A stretch of DNA of 52,775 bases, taken from positions 1 through 52,775 of the IMG/VR virus record IMGVR_UViG_3300027894_000002, one strand, 5' to 3'. A program made the translations under genes and the position numbers. Shown here piece by piece: positions 1 through 8,795 of the stretch. The notes under the pieces are model-generated. The model saw only the letters and a program-made list of their open reading frames with translations, had not been told where the DNA came from and did no database searches. The stretch is from a virus. Taxonomy: Duplodnaviria; Caudoviricetes. How positions within the stretch are numbered: the stretch's first letter is position 1; each line of letters begins with the position of its first letter.

Positions 1-9
1 GCCTGAACT

Positions 10-135
10 GCCAAATTTGGCAGTTCAGGCTGCGCTTATACGCATGGCAAAACGTGAAGATCATTAAGCAGCGGACAATAAAGATGAGCCCACAGCGCAT
101 TCAACGAAAGAGGACGAGGGGTTGGCGGATGCCGG
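10..135 (+). repeat. 126-bp terminal direct repeat, left copy (circular assembly overlap)
   Basis: Identical to 52650-52775. Confidence 0.95.
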
Positions 136-497
136 AAGGAGCGGTCTATGTCGGTCGCGGCTCTATATGGGGCAATCCGTTCGTTGTCGGGCAGCCTTGC
201 GGAATTTTTGACGGCAAGGATGGTCGGCCACTCGGAATGCACGATCAGATTGAAATTCTGATTCCGGCGCTGACGCTCGATCAAGCCGTCGAACTATATG
301 GGGATATGGTGCGCGGATTCATCAGACCGGAAATGTACCCATATGGCCACAAGTGGTCCGATACCATGCACAAACGATTCCACGGCCATCCTTCGGAAAT
401 AGCCCGCAACTTTCTTAAAGGCAGAAACCTAGCCTGCTGGTGTAATCTGGACCAACGATGCCACGCGGACGTGCTGTTAGAAATTGCAAATTGTTAA
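84..497 (+). CDS. DUF4326-family protein
   Basis: RIQRKRTRGWRMP..AVYVGRGSIWGNPF and NLACWC..CHADVLLEIAN motifs. Confidence 0.85.
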   Translation: MSPQRIQRKRTRGWRMPEGAVYVGRGSIWGNPFVVGQPCGIFDGKDGRPLGMHDQIEILIPALTLDQAVELYGDMVRGFIRPEMYPYGHKWSDTMHKRFHGHPSEIARNFLKGRNLACWCNLDQRCHADVLLEIANC

Positions 498-519
498 TCG
501 ACGATTAGGATAACCGACG

Positions 520-696
520 ATGCCGAAGTCAGAACTTTTTGATCTAGCAGCCGAAGTGAAGGGCGAGACTGACAAGGCATGGCGCTTGTTCGACGGCATA
601 AAAACTGAGTGGGTGCCGAAGTCACAGGTTGAGGACAACGGCAACGGTACATTCACAATGCCGGAATGGCTGGCAAAAGATAAAGGGTTCATCTGA
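520..696 (+). CDS. Small phage protein, 58 aa (not in ORF track)
   Basis: AGGA RBS; MPKSELFDLAAEVKGETDKAWRLFDG..WVPKSQ..MPEWLAKDKGFI; TGATG overlap with next ORF. Confidence 0.75.
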   Translation: MPKSELFDLAAEVKGETDKAWRLFDGIKTEWVPKSQVEDNGNGTFTMPEWLAKDKGFI

Positions 697-989
697 TGGT
701 CGAGCGCGTCCACATTCCCTACAGCGACAAAATCGCGCCCGGCCATTGGTACGTTTCGACTGAGGGCGATCTTTGGCACCGCTGTCCTAAATGCAAGACC
801 GCAAGTGCAATGGTCAATCATTCCGTTACGGCGGGGGGTGAGGTCAACGCTTCAATCGCCTGCTTTCCGCCGTGCGACTATCACGTTTGGGGCATCCTCG
901 ATGGGTGGACGCGCGGTGAGAAGGAAGCCGGAAAACAAGTAAACTGTGAACATGGCCTAGTAAACTGCTCAACTTGTAGAGCCGACTGA
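696..989 (+). CDS. Cys/His-rich hypothetical protein (possible Zn binding)
   Basis: CPKC, C..PCDYH and CSTC motifs; coupled start. Confidence 0.65.
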   Translation: MVERVHIPYSDKIAPGHWYVSTEGDLWHRCPKCKTASAMVNHSVTAGGEVNASIACFPPCDYHVWGILDGWTRGEKEAGKQVNCEHGLVNCSTCRAD

Positions 990-1005
990 TACTAAGGAGA
1001 GGACA

Positions 1006-1200
1006 ATGGTAGCCGTCGAAGAAAAACCACGCTTTGAACTTCGCCATGGAAAGTTCGGTGCATATTTTCACGACACAAAGCGCGGCGGCAAAGACGGCTT
1101 CCAAATGCCGCTTGATCATGTGCTGGATAAACTGAATCGACTTGAAGAATATACGAAACGCCTAGCGCGGGCGAACAAGGGCCGAAAAAATACGTTCTGA
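1006..1200 (+). CDS. Hypothetical protein
   Basis: Strong AAGGAGAGG RBS. Confidence 0.7.
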   Translation: MVAVEEKPRFELRHGKFGAYFHDTKRGGKDGFQMPLDHVLDKLNRLEEYTKRLARANKGRKNTF

Positions 1201-1208
1201 AAACCCTT

Positions 1209-1406
1209 ATGGGGTGGAGAATATCGATGACAGAAAGAGAAAAAGTAGTACGAGAATTGATGGATGCTTGGCATCAAAAAGTTCTCGACGATTTTTTAGA
1301 AAACATTGTGGGAATTATCGCCAATCTCCCACTTGAAAAAACCGCACCTGAAATGCGCTTAGCTGCCGTAAACGCCGTTCGCAACTTAGTAATTGGCATC
1401 GGCTAA
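1209..1406 (+). CDS. Hypothetical protein (start may be an internal Met)
   Basis: ORF in co-oriented run; GGAG before the internal ATG. Confidence 0.6.
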   Translation: MGWRISMTEREKVVRELMDAWHQKVLDDFLENIVGIIANLPLEKTAPEMRLAAVNAVRNLVIGIG

Positions 1407-1445
1407 CAGTGTTAATGACGCGACACCATCTTTAAAGGGATTGAA

Positions 1446-1733
1446 ATGACAGAACTTAAAACAATGCCAATCACCTACTATTGCAACTCAGATGGCGAGC
1501 CATGGGCACTATTTACCGAAGGTCATGTTAGCCTTGATTCCTTCAAATCTGCCGTCGCAAACCGAAACGGTGAATTTCCAGATGAGCGCGAGATTGGCAT
1601 GGCAGAGCTTGGCCATTTTTATATGTGTGACGTTGGAGACGAAAACGACGATGACCACGACCCGGATTATTCATGGCATTGGTGTGCCAAGGATGATCCG
1701 GGGGCCATCGCAGTAACGGGATACAAGTTCTGA
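1446..1733 (+). CDS. Acidic hypothetical protein
   Basis: AAAGGGA RBS; co-oriented run. Confidence 0.7.
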   Translation: MTELKTMPITYYCNSDGEPWALFTEGHVSLDSFKSAVANRNGEFPDEREIGMAELGHFYMCDVGDENDDDHDPDYSWHWCAKDDPGAIAVTGYKF

Positions 1734-1770
1734 GATTTGTTGTTGCGCCCTAAGCATCAAGGAGAGTGAA

Positions 1771-1992
1771 ATGAGCAGCGGATTTTCATACGTCTTCACA
1801 GGGCTTGGTGGGGCACTGGCAACAGGAACCATGCTGCTGCTACGGTAAACGACACCAGAACATGCGCTGTTCTTTTTAGGAGGAGCCGTATGTGCTCTCG
1901 CTATCCATTGGGCCGGGTCGCGTCCCGGGTCGCTTGGGCAAATGCGCAAACCGCCGCATAAGGATTTACACGATGTGGGTTTTAGCCTCTGA
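1771..1992 (+). pseudogene. Small two-TM membrane protein gene interrupted by in-frame TAA (1846-1848)
   Basis: AAGGAG RBS; MSSGFSYVFTGLGGALATGTMLLLR*TTPEHALFFLGGAVCALAIHW.. continues in frame with a second hydrophobic segment. Confidence 0.45.
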
Positions 1993-2200
1993 CGATGAGC
2001 TGCCAAGCCGCTTTTCAAATCCACGCTGCGAGGACTTTCGCGTGATATGCAGCAACGGTTTTGATGGCAACATTTCGCTCGGTTCGGCTTTTCTACACAG
2101 GCCGAGTAGTTGGCCCCAGTGCTTTCCAAAAGGCACGGACGATGATGCGTGCTGCACAACTGTCATAATTCGGCGCGTGCCGGATGCTATTGGCTAGGAA

Positions 2201-2533
2201 ATGCGGATGACCGAATACAAATTGAACGACGAGCAATGGTGCTTCCTCGATCTGCTTATGCGGGCGCGTCAGAAGGGCATCCAGAAGCTCAGCCGCCTTG
2301 AAATACTCAATTCACCACAACTACCGCATGGAGCCGCACTGAAGCTAACATGGGCGGCCCTGACCATGCCGAGTGATCTAGTGATCATGATCGGGCAGCA
2401 TGACTTTTCCATCACTGCGGCAGGTGTGAGCCTGTACAACCTTCGCTTTGGCACAGCAGTTAAAGCAGCAACCCCGACCGAGATCGCCGACGCGGTGAAC
2501 TATCTGCCGGGACCGGAGCACTACCAGAACTGA
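2201..2533 (+). CDS. Hypothetical protein
   Basis: ORF with plausible composition; AGGA upstream. Confidence 0.65.
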   Translation: MRMTEYKLNDEQWCFLDLLMRARQKGIQKLSRLEILNSPQLPHGAALKLTWAALTMPSDLVIMIGQHDFSITAAGVSLYNLRFGTAVKAATPTEIADAVNYLPGPEHYQN

Positions 2534-2635
2534 ATTATACTTTCGTGTCGTAATGATCGCCCGCAAATTAAAAATTTAGTTCCCCTGTAGCGTTGCGTTG
2601 ATCTGAAAATTAGCCGCAACCGAGGACGCGCGCGC

Positions 2636-2965
2636 ATGAGCTCGCAGCCTGCCGCTACAGTATTGCCCTACGTCTCGCCGGATACCGACGAGCCGGATGA
2701 GGCCGACAATCCGTTCGCGCCGATCGTCATGGTGCCGATCGCCGGCGGCTTTCGGGCGATGCTTGGCTCCAATGAGCTCGGCCAGGTGCGGGAACACGAT
2801 GCTGGCAAATTTCTCGCCTTCTGGCGTTCGTTCCTGCCAAGCGATGATCGCACGCCACGGCCGGTTTCCTCGATCGAGTTCGGTCAGCAGCGGCTCGCTG
2901 AGGCGGTGCGCGACTGGTTTGCCCGCTGCGGTCATCCGCTGCCGAAGCCAGGAGATCGGCGGTGA
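2636..2965 (+). CDS. Hypothetical protein
   Basis: GAGG RBS; begins a chain of NTGA-coupled ORFs. Confidence 0.65.
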   Translation: MSSQPAATVLPYVSPDTDEPDEADNPFAPIVMVPIAGGFRAMLGSNELGQVREHDAGKFLAFWRSFLPSDDRTPRPVSSIEFGQQRLAEAVRDWFARCGHPLPKPGDRR

Positions 2966-3138
2966 CCGACAAGCCAGCCACGCGCGCGCTGCAGGTCGAG
3001 ATCCCCGACGGCATGGATCCGGCGCTCGCCAAGTTTGTCGAGCGCTTTGCGCAGGCCATGGCGCGCGAGCTGCACGCTGCGGAGCAGGTTTTTAGTCACC
3101 ACGACGTCGTGATCGAGATTGAAGAGGTGCGGGCATGA
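2962..3138 (+). CDS. Hypothetical protein, 58 aa (not in ORF track)
   Basis: GGAG RBS; GTGA and ATGA overlaps at both ends. Confidence 0.65.
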   Translation: MTDKPATRALQVEIPDGMDPALAKFVERFAQAMARELHAAEQVFSHHDVVIEIEEVRA

Positions 3139-3377
3139 CGGAAACAAATGTCGCCGCGCCGATGACCTTCGCGCGCATGCGCGATCGCTTGCTGCTCGAT
3201 ATAGCCGCCGCCGAGCAATCACTGGCGATCGTGGCGAGCCTCGAGGCGAAAGGCACGCCGGCGGATCCAGTGCCGGCGCGTGCCTGTTTGGTTGAGCGTG
3301 AGGCGCTGCTGCGGCTGTTCGATAAGGCAACCGGCGACAAAGCAATCCGCGATCTGCTCAACGGGAAAAAATCATGA
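3135..3377 (+). CDS. Hypothetical protein
   Basis: ATGA-coupled; GAGG RBS. Confidence 0.7.
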   Translation: MTETNVAAPMTFARMRDRLLLDIAAAEQSLAIVASLEAKGTPADPVPARACLVEREALLRLFDKATGDKAIRDLLNGKKS

Positions 3378-3583
3378 CCGCGCAGATCTACGTTAAGCCG
3401 CGAACGCGGATCTGGATGCGGTCATGCGATGGCGCGCTGCCTTCGGTGACGCCGTGCTGGAAAAACAAAGTGTACGCCTATGCGCTACAATGTTTTTGGG
3501 TCGCCGCTGGCCCCGATCGTCAGCGCTATTGGGACTATCTGCCCTATGCCGACAATGACGGCGATCCGATGGGGTGCATGTGA
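3374..3583 (+). CDS. Hypothetical protein
   Basis: Coupled to both neighbours. Confidence 0.6.
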   Translation: MTAQIYVKPRTRIWMRSCDGALPSVTPCWKNKVYAYALQCFWVAAGPDRQRYWDYLPYADNDGDPMGCM

Positions 3584-6423
3584 CGTCAGCGCGTATCACC
3601 GAAGCCGAGCTCGAGGATCTAAAGCAGCGCAATCCGTGCGATGTGGTCGCTGGCGCTTGGGTCAGCTTGCGCCGGCACGGCCAGAAGATGATCGGGCCGT
3701 GCCCGCTGCATTCGCCGGATCCGCACGCGCGGGATTCAACGAGCTTTGAATGCGACGCCGATGGCTGGGTCTGTGCCACATGCGCCGATGGCGGCGACGT
3801 CATCAAGCTGGTGGCGCTGCGCGAGAACCTCGACCCGCAAAAGGACTTCCGCAAGGTCATCGAAATCCTCGGCGGTAAACGCGAGCTGGTGCCGGGCGAG
3901 GCGGCGCTGGCCGACGCGCACCGCGCCGAGCTGCGCGCCCAGCGTGATCGCGAAAACCAGAACTACCGCGAACGCGAGCGGCAACGGCTGTGGCGGGATA
4001 TTTGGGCGCTGGCGATCGGCATCGCTAATACGCCGGCCGAGGCCTACCTGACCTTGCGCCAGGTGGTGGCGCCGGCGACCTCGCCGATGCGGCTCAAATA
4101 TCTCGCCAACTGTCCCATGTACGCGACCGGGTCGCCGGGCGCCAAGCCGGTGCACACAGGGCCGGCCTTGCTGGCGGCGATCGTCGGCGCCGACGGACGC
4201 TTTTGCGGTCTGCACATCACTTGGCTCGATCTCGATCGTCCGAAAGGCAAGGCCGAGATTGTGGATCCCGCCGGCGCCGTGCTTTTGCCGGCCAAGAAGG
4301 TGCGCGGTTCGAAGGCGGGCGGGCGCATTGAGCTCTTGCCGCGGTCGGCACCGCGGCGCCTGGTGATCGGCGAAGGCATCGAGAAGGTGCTCGCCGTCTT
4401 GAACGCGCACGAGCGCGGCGGCCGCGATATCGCCGACACGGCGTTCTGGTCGTGCGTCGATCTCGGCAACATGGGCGGCAAGGCGGCCGAGACGGTGCCG
4501 CACCCGACGCTGAAAGACGCCGCCAACCGCACCCGGCGCATACCCGGGCCACTGCCGGATCTGACAAAGCCCGGGCTTACCATTCCTGAATCCGTCGACG
4601 ACATCGTGCTGCTCGGCGACTCGACTTCCGATCGCTTCCTGACCGAATGCACGATCGCTCGCGCCGCGGCGCGCTTTGCCAAGCAAGGCCGCAATGTGCG
4701 CGTCGCCTGGGCACTGGCGGGCCAGGATTTTGACGAAACGCTCGGCGAGGAAGCTGGCGCCGACAAGATCCTGGCGATCATCGATGCCGCGGCGCCACCC
4801 GTGCCGATCGTCATGTCGACCCCCGCACCCCTGCAATCGCGTACACTTCGAAAGAAAGCCAAACCCTCCCAAATGGGAGGCGGTGCTGTAGAGCAGCCTG
4901 ACAAGGGGAGCGGGGGCGACGACGATCTTGACGAGCGGCTGGCCTTTTATCCGCAGACTGACTTGGGCAACGCCGAACGCTTCCGCGAGCGCAACGTCGG
5001 CAAGATCCTGTGGTGTCCGGCGCTCGGCTGGCTCGCCTGGGACGGCAAGCGCTGGTCGCGCGAGGCCGCCGAAGAGGCGGTCAAGATCGCCGAGCACAAG
5101 ACGGTGCGCGCGATCCAGAACGAGTCGAAGGCGGTCAAGGGCACCAAGCTCGACAAGCTTATGGGCTACGAGCGCGACGGCAAGCCGATCTATCTGTCCG
5201 ACAAGCTGAAAAAATGGGGCCGGGCCTCGGAAGCCGCCAACAAGTTGAACGCGATCTCGCGCCGCGCCGGGCCCTACATGCACATCGCGCCGTCGAAACT
5301 CGATGCCGACCGCTTCATGATCAACTGCAACAACGGCACCCTGGTGGTGCGGCGCAATCTGGACGGCGATTGCATTTCGTTCGTGCCGCACAACCCAGCC
5401 GACCTGATCACCAAGCTGATCCCGGTCGACTACGACCCGGCCGCGACCTGCCCGCATTACGATAAATTCCTGGCCGAGGTGCAGCCGCGCGACAGCGCCC
5501 GCATCTTCCTGCACCAATGGTTCGGCCTATCTCTGACCGGCGACACCACTGAGCAAAAGCTCTTGTTCCTGCACGGCAAGGGCAAGAACGGTAAGACCAC
5601 GCTGCTGCAGGTCATCGGCCACGTCGCCGGCGACTATTCCAAGGCACTGCCGATCGAGACGTTTCTCGACCAGGGCCGCGGCCGCAACGCTGGCCAGGCG
5701 ACGCCCGATCTCGCGATCCTGCCCGGCGTGCGTTACCTGCAGACGTCGGAACCGGAACGCGGGGCGAAACTCGCCGAGGCGCTGATCAAGCTGGCGACCG
5801 GCGGCGATCCGATCCAGGCGCGTCATCTGCAGCGCGACTATTTCGAGTTCATGCCGCAGTTCAAGCTGACCATGTCGGGCAACTACAAGCCCAAGATCGA
5901 GGGCACCGACGAGGGCATCTGGCGCCGCGTGGTGCTAGTGCCGTGGGAAGTCACGATCGAGAAGCCCGATAAGGAACTGCTCGGCAAACTGCGGCTCGAG
6001 GCCTCGGGTATTCTTAACAGGCTGCTGGACGGCCTCAGAGATTGGCTGGATCGCGGCCTGGTGCTGCCGGCAGAGGTGGTGCAGGCCACGCAAGAATTCC
6101 GCGCCGACAGCGATCCGATTGGCCGCTTTCTCGCCGCCTGCACCCGGGCCACGCCCGGCAGCCGTACCCAAGGCAGTGAACTGCACAAGGTCTTTCTGGC
6201 CTGGGCCAAAGCCAGCGGCGAGCGGGAATCGACCGTCACCTATTTCGGCCGTGCCTTAAGCGAGCGCGGCATCGCCTGGAAACATTCAAACGTCAACTGG
6301 TGGCTCGGCATCGAGCTCGTGAAAAGCGTCAACGACTTTGTCGATCACGAAGGCAATCCGCTGCGGCTGACCGATAAGCCGTCAACCGAAACGACAGTCA
6401 GAGAGGACGAATTCATCGGCTGA
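3580..6423 (+). CDS. Primase-helicase (CHC2 Zn finger, Toprim, D5/P4-type SF3 helicase)
   Basis: GPCPLH..C..C..GGDVI; IGEGIE..D.D Toprim; TDLGNAERF; Walker A GKGKNGKT; DEGIWRRV. Confidence 0.93.
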   Translation: MTSARITEAELEDLKQRNPCDVVAGAWVSLRRHGQKMIGPCPLHSPDPHARDSTSFECDADGWVCATCADGGDVIKLVALRENLDPQKDFRKVIEILGGKRELVPGEAALADAHRAELRAQRDRENQNYRERERQRLWRDIWALAIGIANTPAEAYLTLRQVVAPATSPMRLKYLANCPMYATGSPGAKPVHTGPALLAAIVGADGRFCGLHITWLDLDRPKGKAEIVDPAGAVLLPAKKVRGSKAGGRIELLPRSAPRRLVIGEGIEKVLAVLNAHERGGRDIADTAFWSCVDLGNMGGKAAETVPHPTLKDAANRTRRIPGPLPDLTKPGLTIPESVDDIVLLGDSTSDRFLTECTIARAAARFAKQGRNVRVAWALAGQDFDETLGEEAGADKILAIIDAAAPPVPIVMSTPAPLQSRTLRKKAKPSQMGGGAVEQPDKGSGGDDDLDERLAFYPQTDLGNAERFRERNVGKILWCPALGWLAWDGKRWSREAAEEAVKIAEHKTVRAIQNESKAVKGTKLDKLMGYERDGKPIYLSDKLKKWGRASEAANKLNAISRRAGPYMHIAPSKLDADRFMINCNNGTLVVRRNLDGDCISFVPHNPADLITKLIPVDYDPAATCPHYDKFLAEVQPRDSARIFLHQWFGLSLTGDTTEQKLLFLHGKGKNGKTTLLQVIGHVAGDYSKALPIETFLDQGRGRNAGQATPDLAILPGVRYLQTSEPERGAKLAEALIKLATGGDPIQARHLQRDYFEFMPQFKLTMSGNYKPKIEGTDEGIWRRVVLVPWEVTIEKPDKELLGKLRLEASGILNRLLDGLRDWLDRGLVLPAEVVQATQEFRADSDPIGRFLAACTRATPGSRTQGSELHKVFLAWAKASGERESTVTYFGRALSERGIAWKHSNVNWWLGIELVKSVNDFVDHEGNPLRLTDKPSTETTVREDEFIG

Positions 6424-6683
6424 ACTATCCCAACTATCCCAATTTGGGACAGTTAGCGATTTTTCTAAGTGCCTGATCGGTCAGGCAACGGGACAGTTCG
6501 GGATAGTTGGGACAGTTTTGCAGCAATGGACTCACATGCGCGCGTGTGTGTGAAGAACATAAGCAAATAACTATCCCAACTATCCCAAACTCTCCCGTCA
6601 ATTCAAAAAGTCCTTGGTTTTATTGGGCTTTTTGCATGCGGGACAGTAGCCGTGCGTTTTAAGAGTGGGACACAAACTATCCC
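6423..6683. repeat. Iteron-like AACTRTCCC repeats in both orientations; probable replication origin
   Basis: About 11-12 copies (6423, 6432, 6569, 6578, 6588, 6675 forward; 6446, 6490, 6500, 6509, 6640 reverse) directly after the primase-helicase. Confidence 0.8.
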
Positions 6684-6738
6684 GTCGATCACTGGTGGCA
6701 AATTGCCACCAGTGATCGCCAGCAAAAAGAGGTTGAGG

Positions 6739-7395
6739 ATGATGGACAAGCAAGCGGTTGCGCGTACCGCGCTGGTGGCGGCGGCGGAAGAGGACGAGCG
6801 GCACCATGCCCAGCAACGCGCCGAGAACGACGCGCTGCGATCGTGGCATCTGGTGCAGATATCGGCCAAGCAGTCGACACTGGCCAAACATCACCTCGAG
6901 CGCAGCGGCTACGGGTTTTATTATCCGCAGTTGCGCACGTTGTTCGTGCCGCCAGCGCGCAAGCTCTCGCGCGCCCAGCGCAAGATGCGCCACCTGATGG
7001 TGCGCGAGAAGATCGAACCGTTCTTCCCCGGCTACAGTTTCGTACGCTTCGACGTGCAGCGCGACCCTTGGCACGACATTTTCAAGCTGGTCGGCGTCTA
7101 TGGCATCGCCTGCGAGCAGAACATGCCGCGCGTCATGTCGGACGAATTCATTAGCCAGCTCAAAAACCGGGAGGTTAACGGTGCCATTCCGGGCGAGACG
7201 CCGGTCGAGGAAATATTCTTGCGTGTCGGCGATGAGGCGCGGTTTCACTCGGGCCCGCTCAGCGGGTTCACAGGCCGGGTTGACCATATAGACAGCAACG
7301 GGAGAATCAGATTACTACTGCCCCTGTTCGGAAGCGTTGAAACATTCCTAGACGAAGTCGACAAGGCACCAGCCACACACCTAGCCACGGGGTAG
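6739..7395 (+). CDS. nusG: NusG-family transcription antiterminator (NGN + KOW)
   Basis: WHLV..YYPQ..PFFPGYSFVRF..LVGVYGI; KOW motif VGDEARFHSGPLSGFTGRV. Confidence 0.9.
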   Translation: MMDKQAVARTALVAAAEEDERHHAQQRAENDALRSWHLVQISAKQSTLAKHHLERSGYGFYYPQLRTLFVPPARKLSRAQRKMRHLMVREKIEPFFPGYSFVRFDVQRDPWHDIFKLVGVYGIACEQNMPRVMSDEFISQLKNREVNGAIPGETPVEEIFLRVGDEARFHSGPLSGFTGRVDHIDSNGRIRLLLPLFGSVETFLDEVDKAPATHLATG

Positions 7396-7431
7396 CCACC
7401 AGTTGGCCACTCTAATGGCTGCGCACGAGAG

Positions 7432-7458
7432 AAAGCCCGCCCATTGTGGCGGGCTTTT
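7432..7458 (+). terminator. Intrinsic terminator T1 of late leader
   Basis: AAAGCCCGCC-loop-GGCGGGCTTTT. Confidence 0.8.
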
Positions 7459-7582
7459 CGCGTCATAGGGTAGGGGCGTTGTCGAGAGCGGCGCCTCGAT
7501 GCGACACCCGCCATGTTACATGGCTAGGAGGGCAGCAAAGGAGCGCACGAGTACAGCGCTTGTTTGCACAATGGCTAGGGAC

Positions 7583-7615
7583 GAAAGCCGGGCGCAGCGA
7601 TGCGTCCGGCTTTTT
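7583..7615 (+). terminator. Intrinsic terminator T2 of late leader
   Basis: AAAGCCGGGCGCA-GCGA-TGCGTCCGGCTTTTT. Confidence 0.8.
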
Positions 7616-7682
7616 CGTTCATAGGGTAGGACCTGGCTGGTGATTGCTGGCCTTGTCTGTTTTCACGTTCTCCCTAAGCCTT

Positions 7683-7714
7683 GGACCGCTTGCCAACGCG
7701 CGCGGTCCTTTTTT
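7683..7714 (+). terminator. Intrinsic terminator T3 of late leader
   Basis: GGACCGC..GCGGTCC followed by T6. Confidence 0.75.
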
Positions 7715-7732
7715 CCCCGCGGGGCAAAGCCG

Positions 7733-7897
7733 ATGGCCGACGATGCGCCGATGAAGACCTATGTGCCGAGCAAGCGCGCCAAAGGCATGGAAGCCGGCGG
7801 GCGCATGCCCGTGAAAATGCCGATGAAGGGCAAAATGCCGCGCAAGGCGATGCGCAAGCGCATGACGATCGGCCACGGCGGCAGGCGAGGTTACTGA
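7733..7897 (+). CDS. Small basic Met/Lys-rich protein
   Basis: GC3-biased codons; TGATG-coupled to the next gene; ends KRMTIGHGGRRGY. Confidence 0.7.
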   Translation: MADDAPMKTYVPSKRAKGMEAGGRMPVKMPMKGKMPRKAMRKRMTIGHGGRRGY

Positions 7898-8091
7898 TGG
7901 CGATCAACATCAAGCCGTCGCACAAGGGCCTGCTGCACAAGGATCTGCACGTTGCGGCGGGCCACAAGATCCCTGCCGCCAAGCTGCAGGCTGCCAAACA
8001 TTCGCGCGATCCGGCGGTGCGTAAGCGCGCCACGTTCGCCATCAATGCCAAGGGCTTCAACCACAAGCGACGCCGCACCATCGCGGGCTGA
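7897..8091 (+). CDS. Small basic phage protein
   Basis: MAINIKPSHKGLLHKDL..RKRATFAINAK resembles a common phage family; ends KRRRTIAG. Confidence 0.75.
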   Translation: MAINIKPSHKGLLHKDLHVAAGHKIPAAKLQAAKHSRDPAVRKRATFAINAKGFNHKRRRTIAG

Positions 8092-8150
8092 TTTGAGTCC
8101 GCAATGTGGCAAACAGGACTCCTTTTGACTCCCAGGACGCGGTTTATGTG

Positions 8151-8795
8151 ATGGCAAAAGAATTAACGCCGCGGCAAAAAATCTACTATCGCGAGCGTGC
8201 CGTCGGCGTCGGCCGGCTCGAGGCGCAGACCATTGCCGGTTACAAACCGGACAAGGGCAACGCCAAGCGGCTGGACCATCGGCCCGAGGGGCGCGCCTAC
8301 ATGCAGGAGATTGCGACCGAGGCCGCCGAGCTCGCCGGCGTGCACCTCGGTCGCGTGCTGCTCGAGCTGGCGCATATCGGCTACGCCAACATGGCGGACT
8401 ACACCAAGGCCGTCGACGGCATTGGTGGCAGAGGCGGCCGATTGGTCCATGATCTGTCGAATCTAACGCGCGAGCAGGCTGCGGCGATCAAGGAATATGC
8501 TTTCGACAGCAAGGGCAGGCCGAAGCTGACCTTGCACGACAAGCGCGCAGCGCTGGCCGATCTATTGAAATTCCTGGCGCCCGGTAAGGTTGGCGATGGC
8601 AATCAGCCGGCGCCGGATGTGATGAATTTCAATCTGATGCAGATCATCGCCAAGTTCGACGGCATGTCCGAGCTCGAGATTGCGCGCCGCATTGCCTTCG
8701 CCATGCAGGCCGGCAGCCGTCAGATCGACGGTCAAGCCAATCCGCCAACCCCGCCGCCGGCTGATCAGCCGGCCTCGCAAGGAGCGAGCCAATGA
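8151..8795 (+). CDS. terS: Terminase small subunit
   Basis: LTPRQK start; VLLELAHIGYANMAD; KLTLHDKRAAL; position before TerL. Confidence 0.8.
   Translation: MAKELTPRQKIYYRERAVGVGRLEAQTIAGYKPDKGNAKRLDHRPEGRAYMQEIATEAAELAGVHLGRVLLELAHIGYANMADYTKAVDGIGGRGGRLVHDLSNLTREQAAAIKEYAFDSKGRPKLTLHDKRAALADLLKFLAPGKVGDGNQPAPDVMNFNLMQIIAKFDGMSELEIARRIAFAMQAGSRQIDGQANPPTPPPADQPASQGASQ

Noticed and set aside
1-30. Hairpin telomere of a linear plasmid prophage
   Set aside because: No protelomerase recognised; integrase and attP are present; the site lies inside an ORF in the right-end copy
3736-5517. Long antisense ORFs (also 9888-11228, 12335-13723 and others)
   Set aside because: Shadows of GC3-biased sense genes with no recognisable motifs
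6423-6683. CRISPR array
   Set aside because: Repeats are 9 bp, in mixed orientation and irregularly spaced; no cas genes
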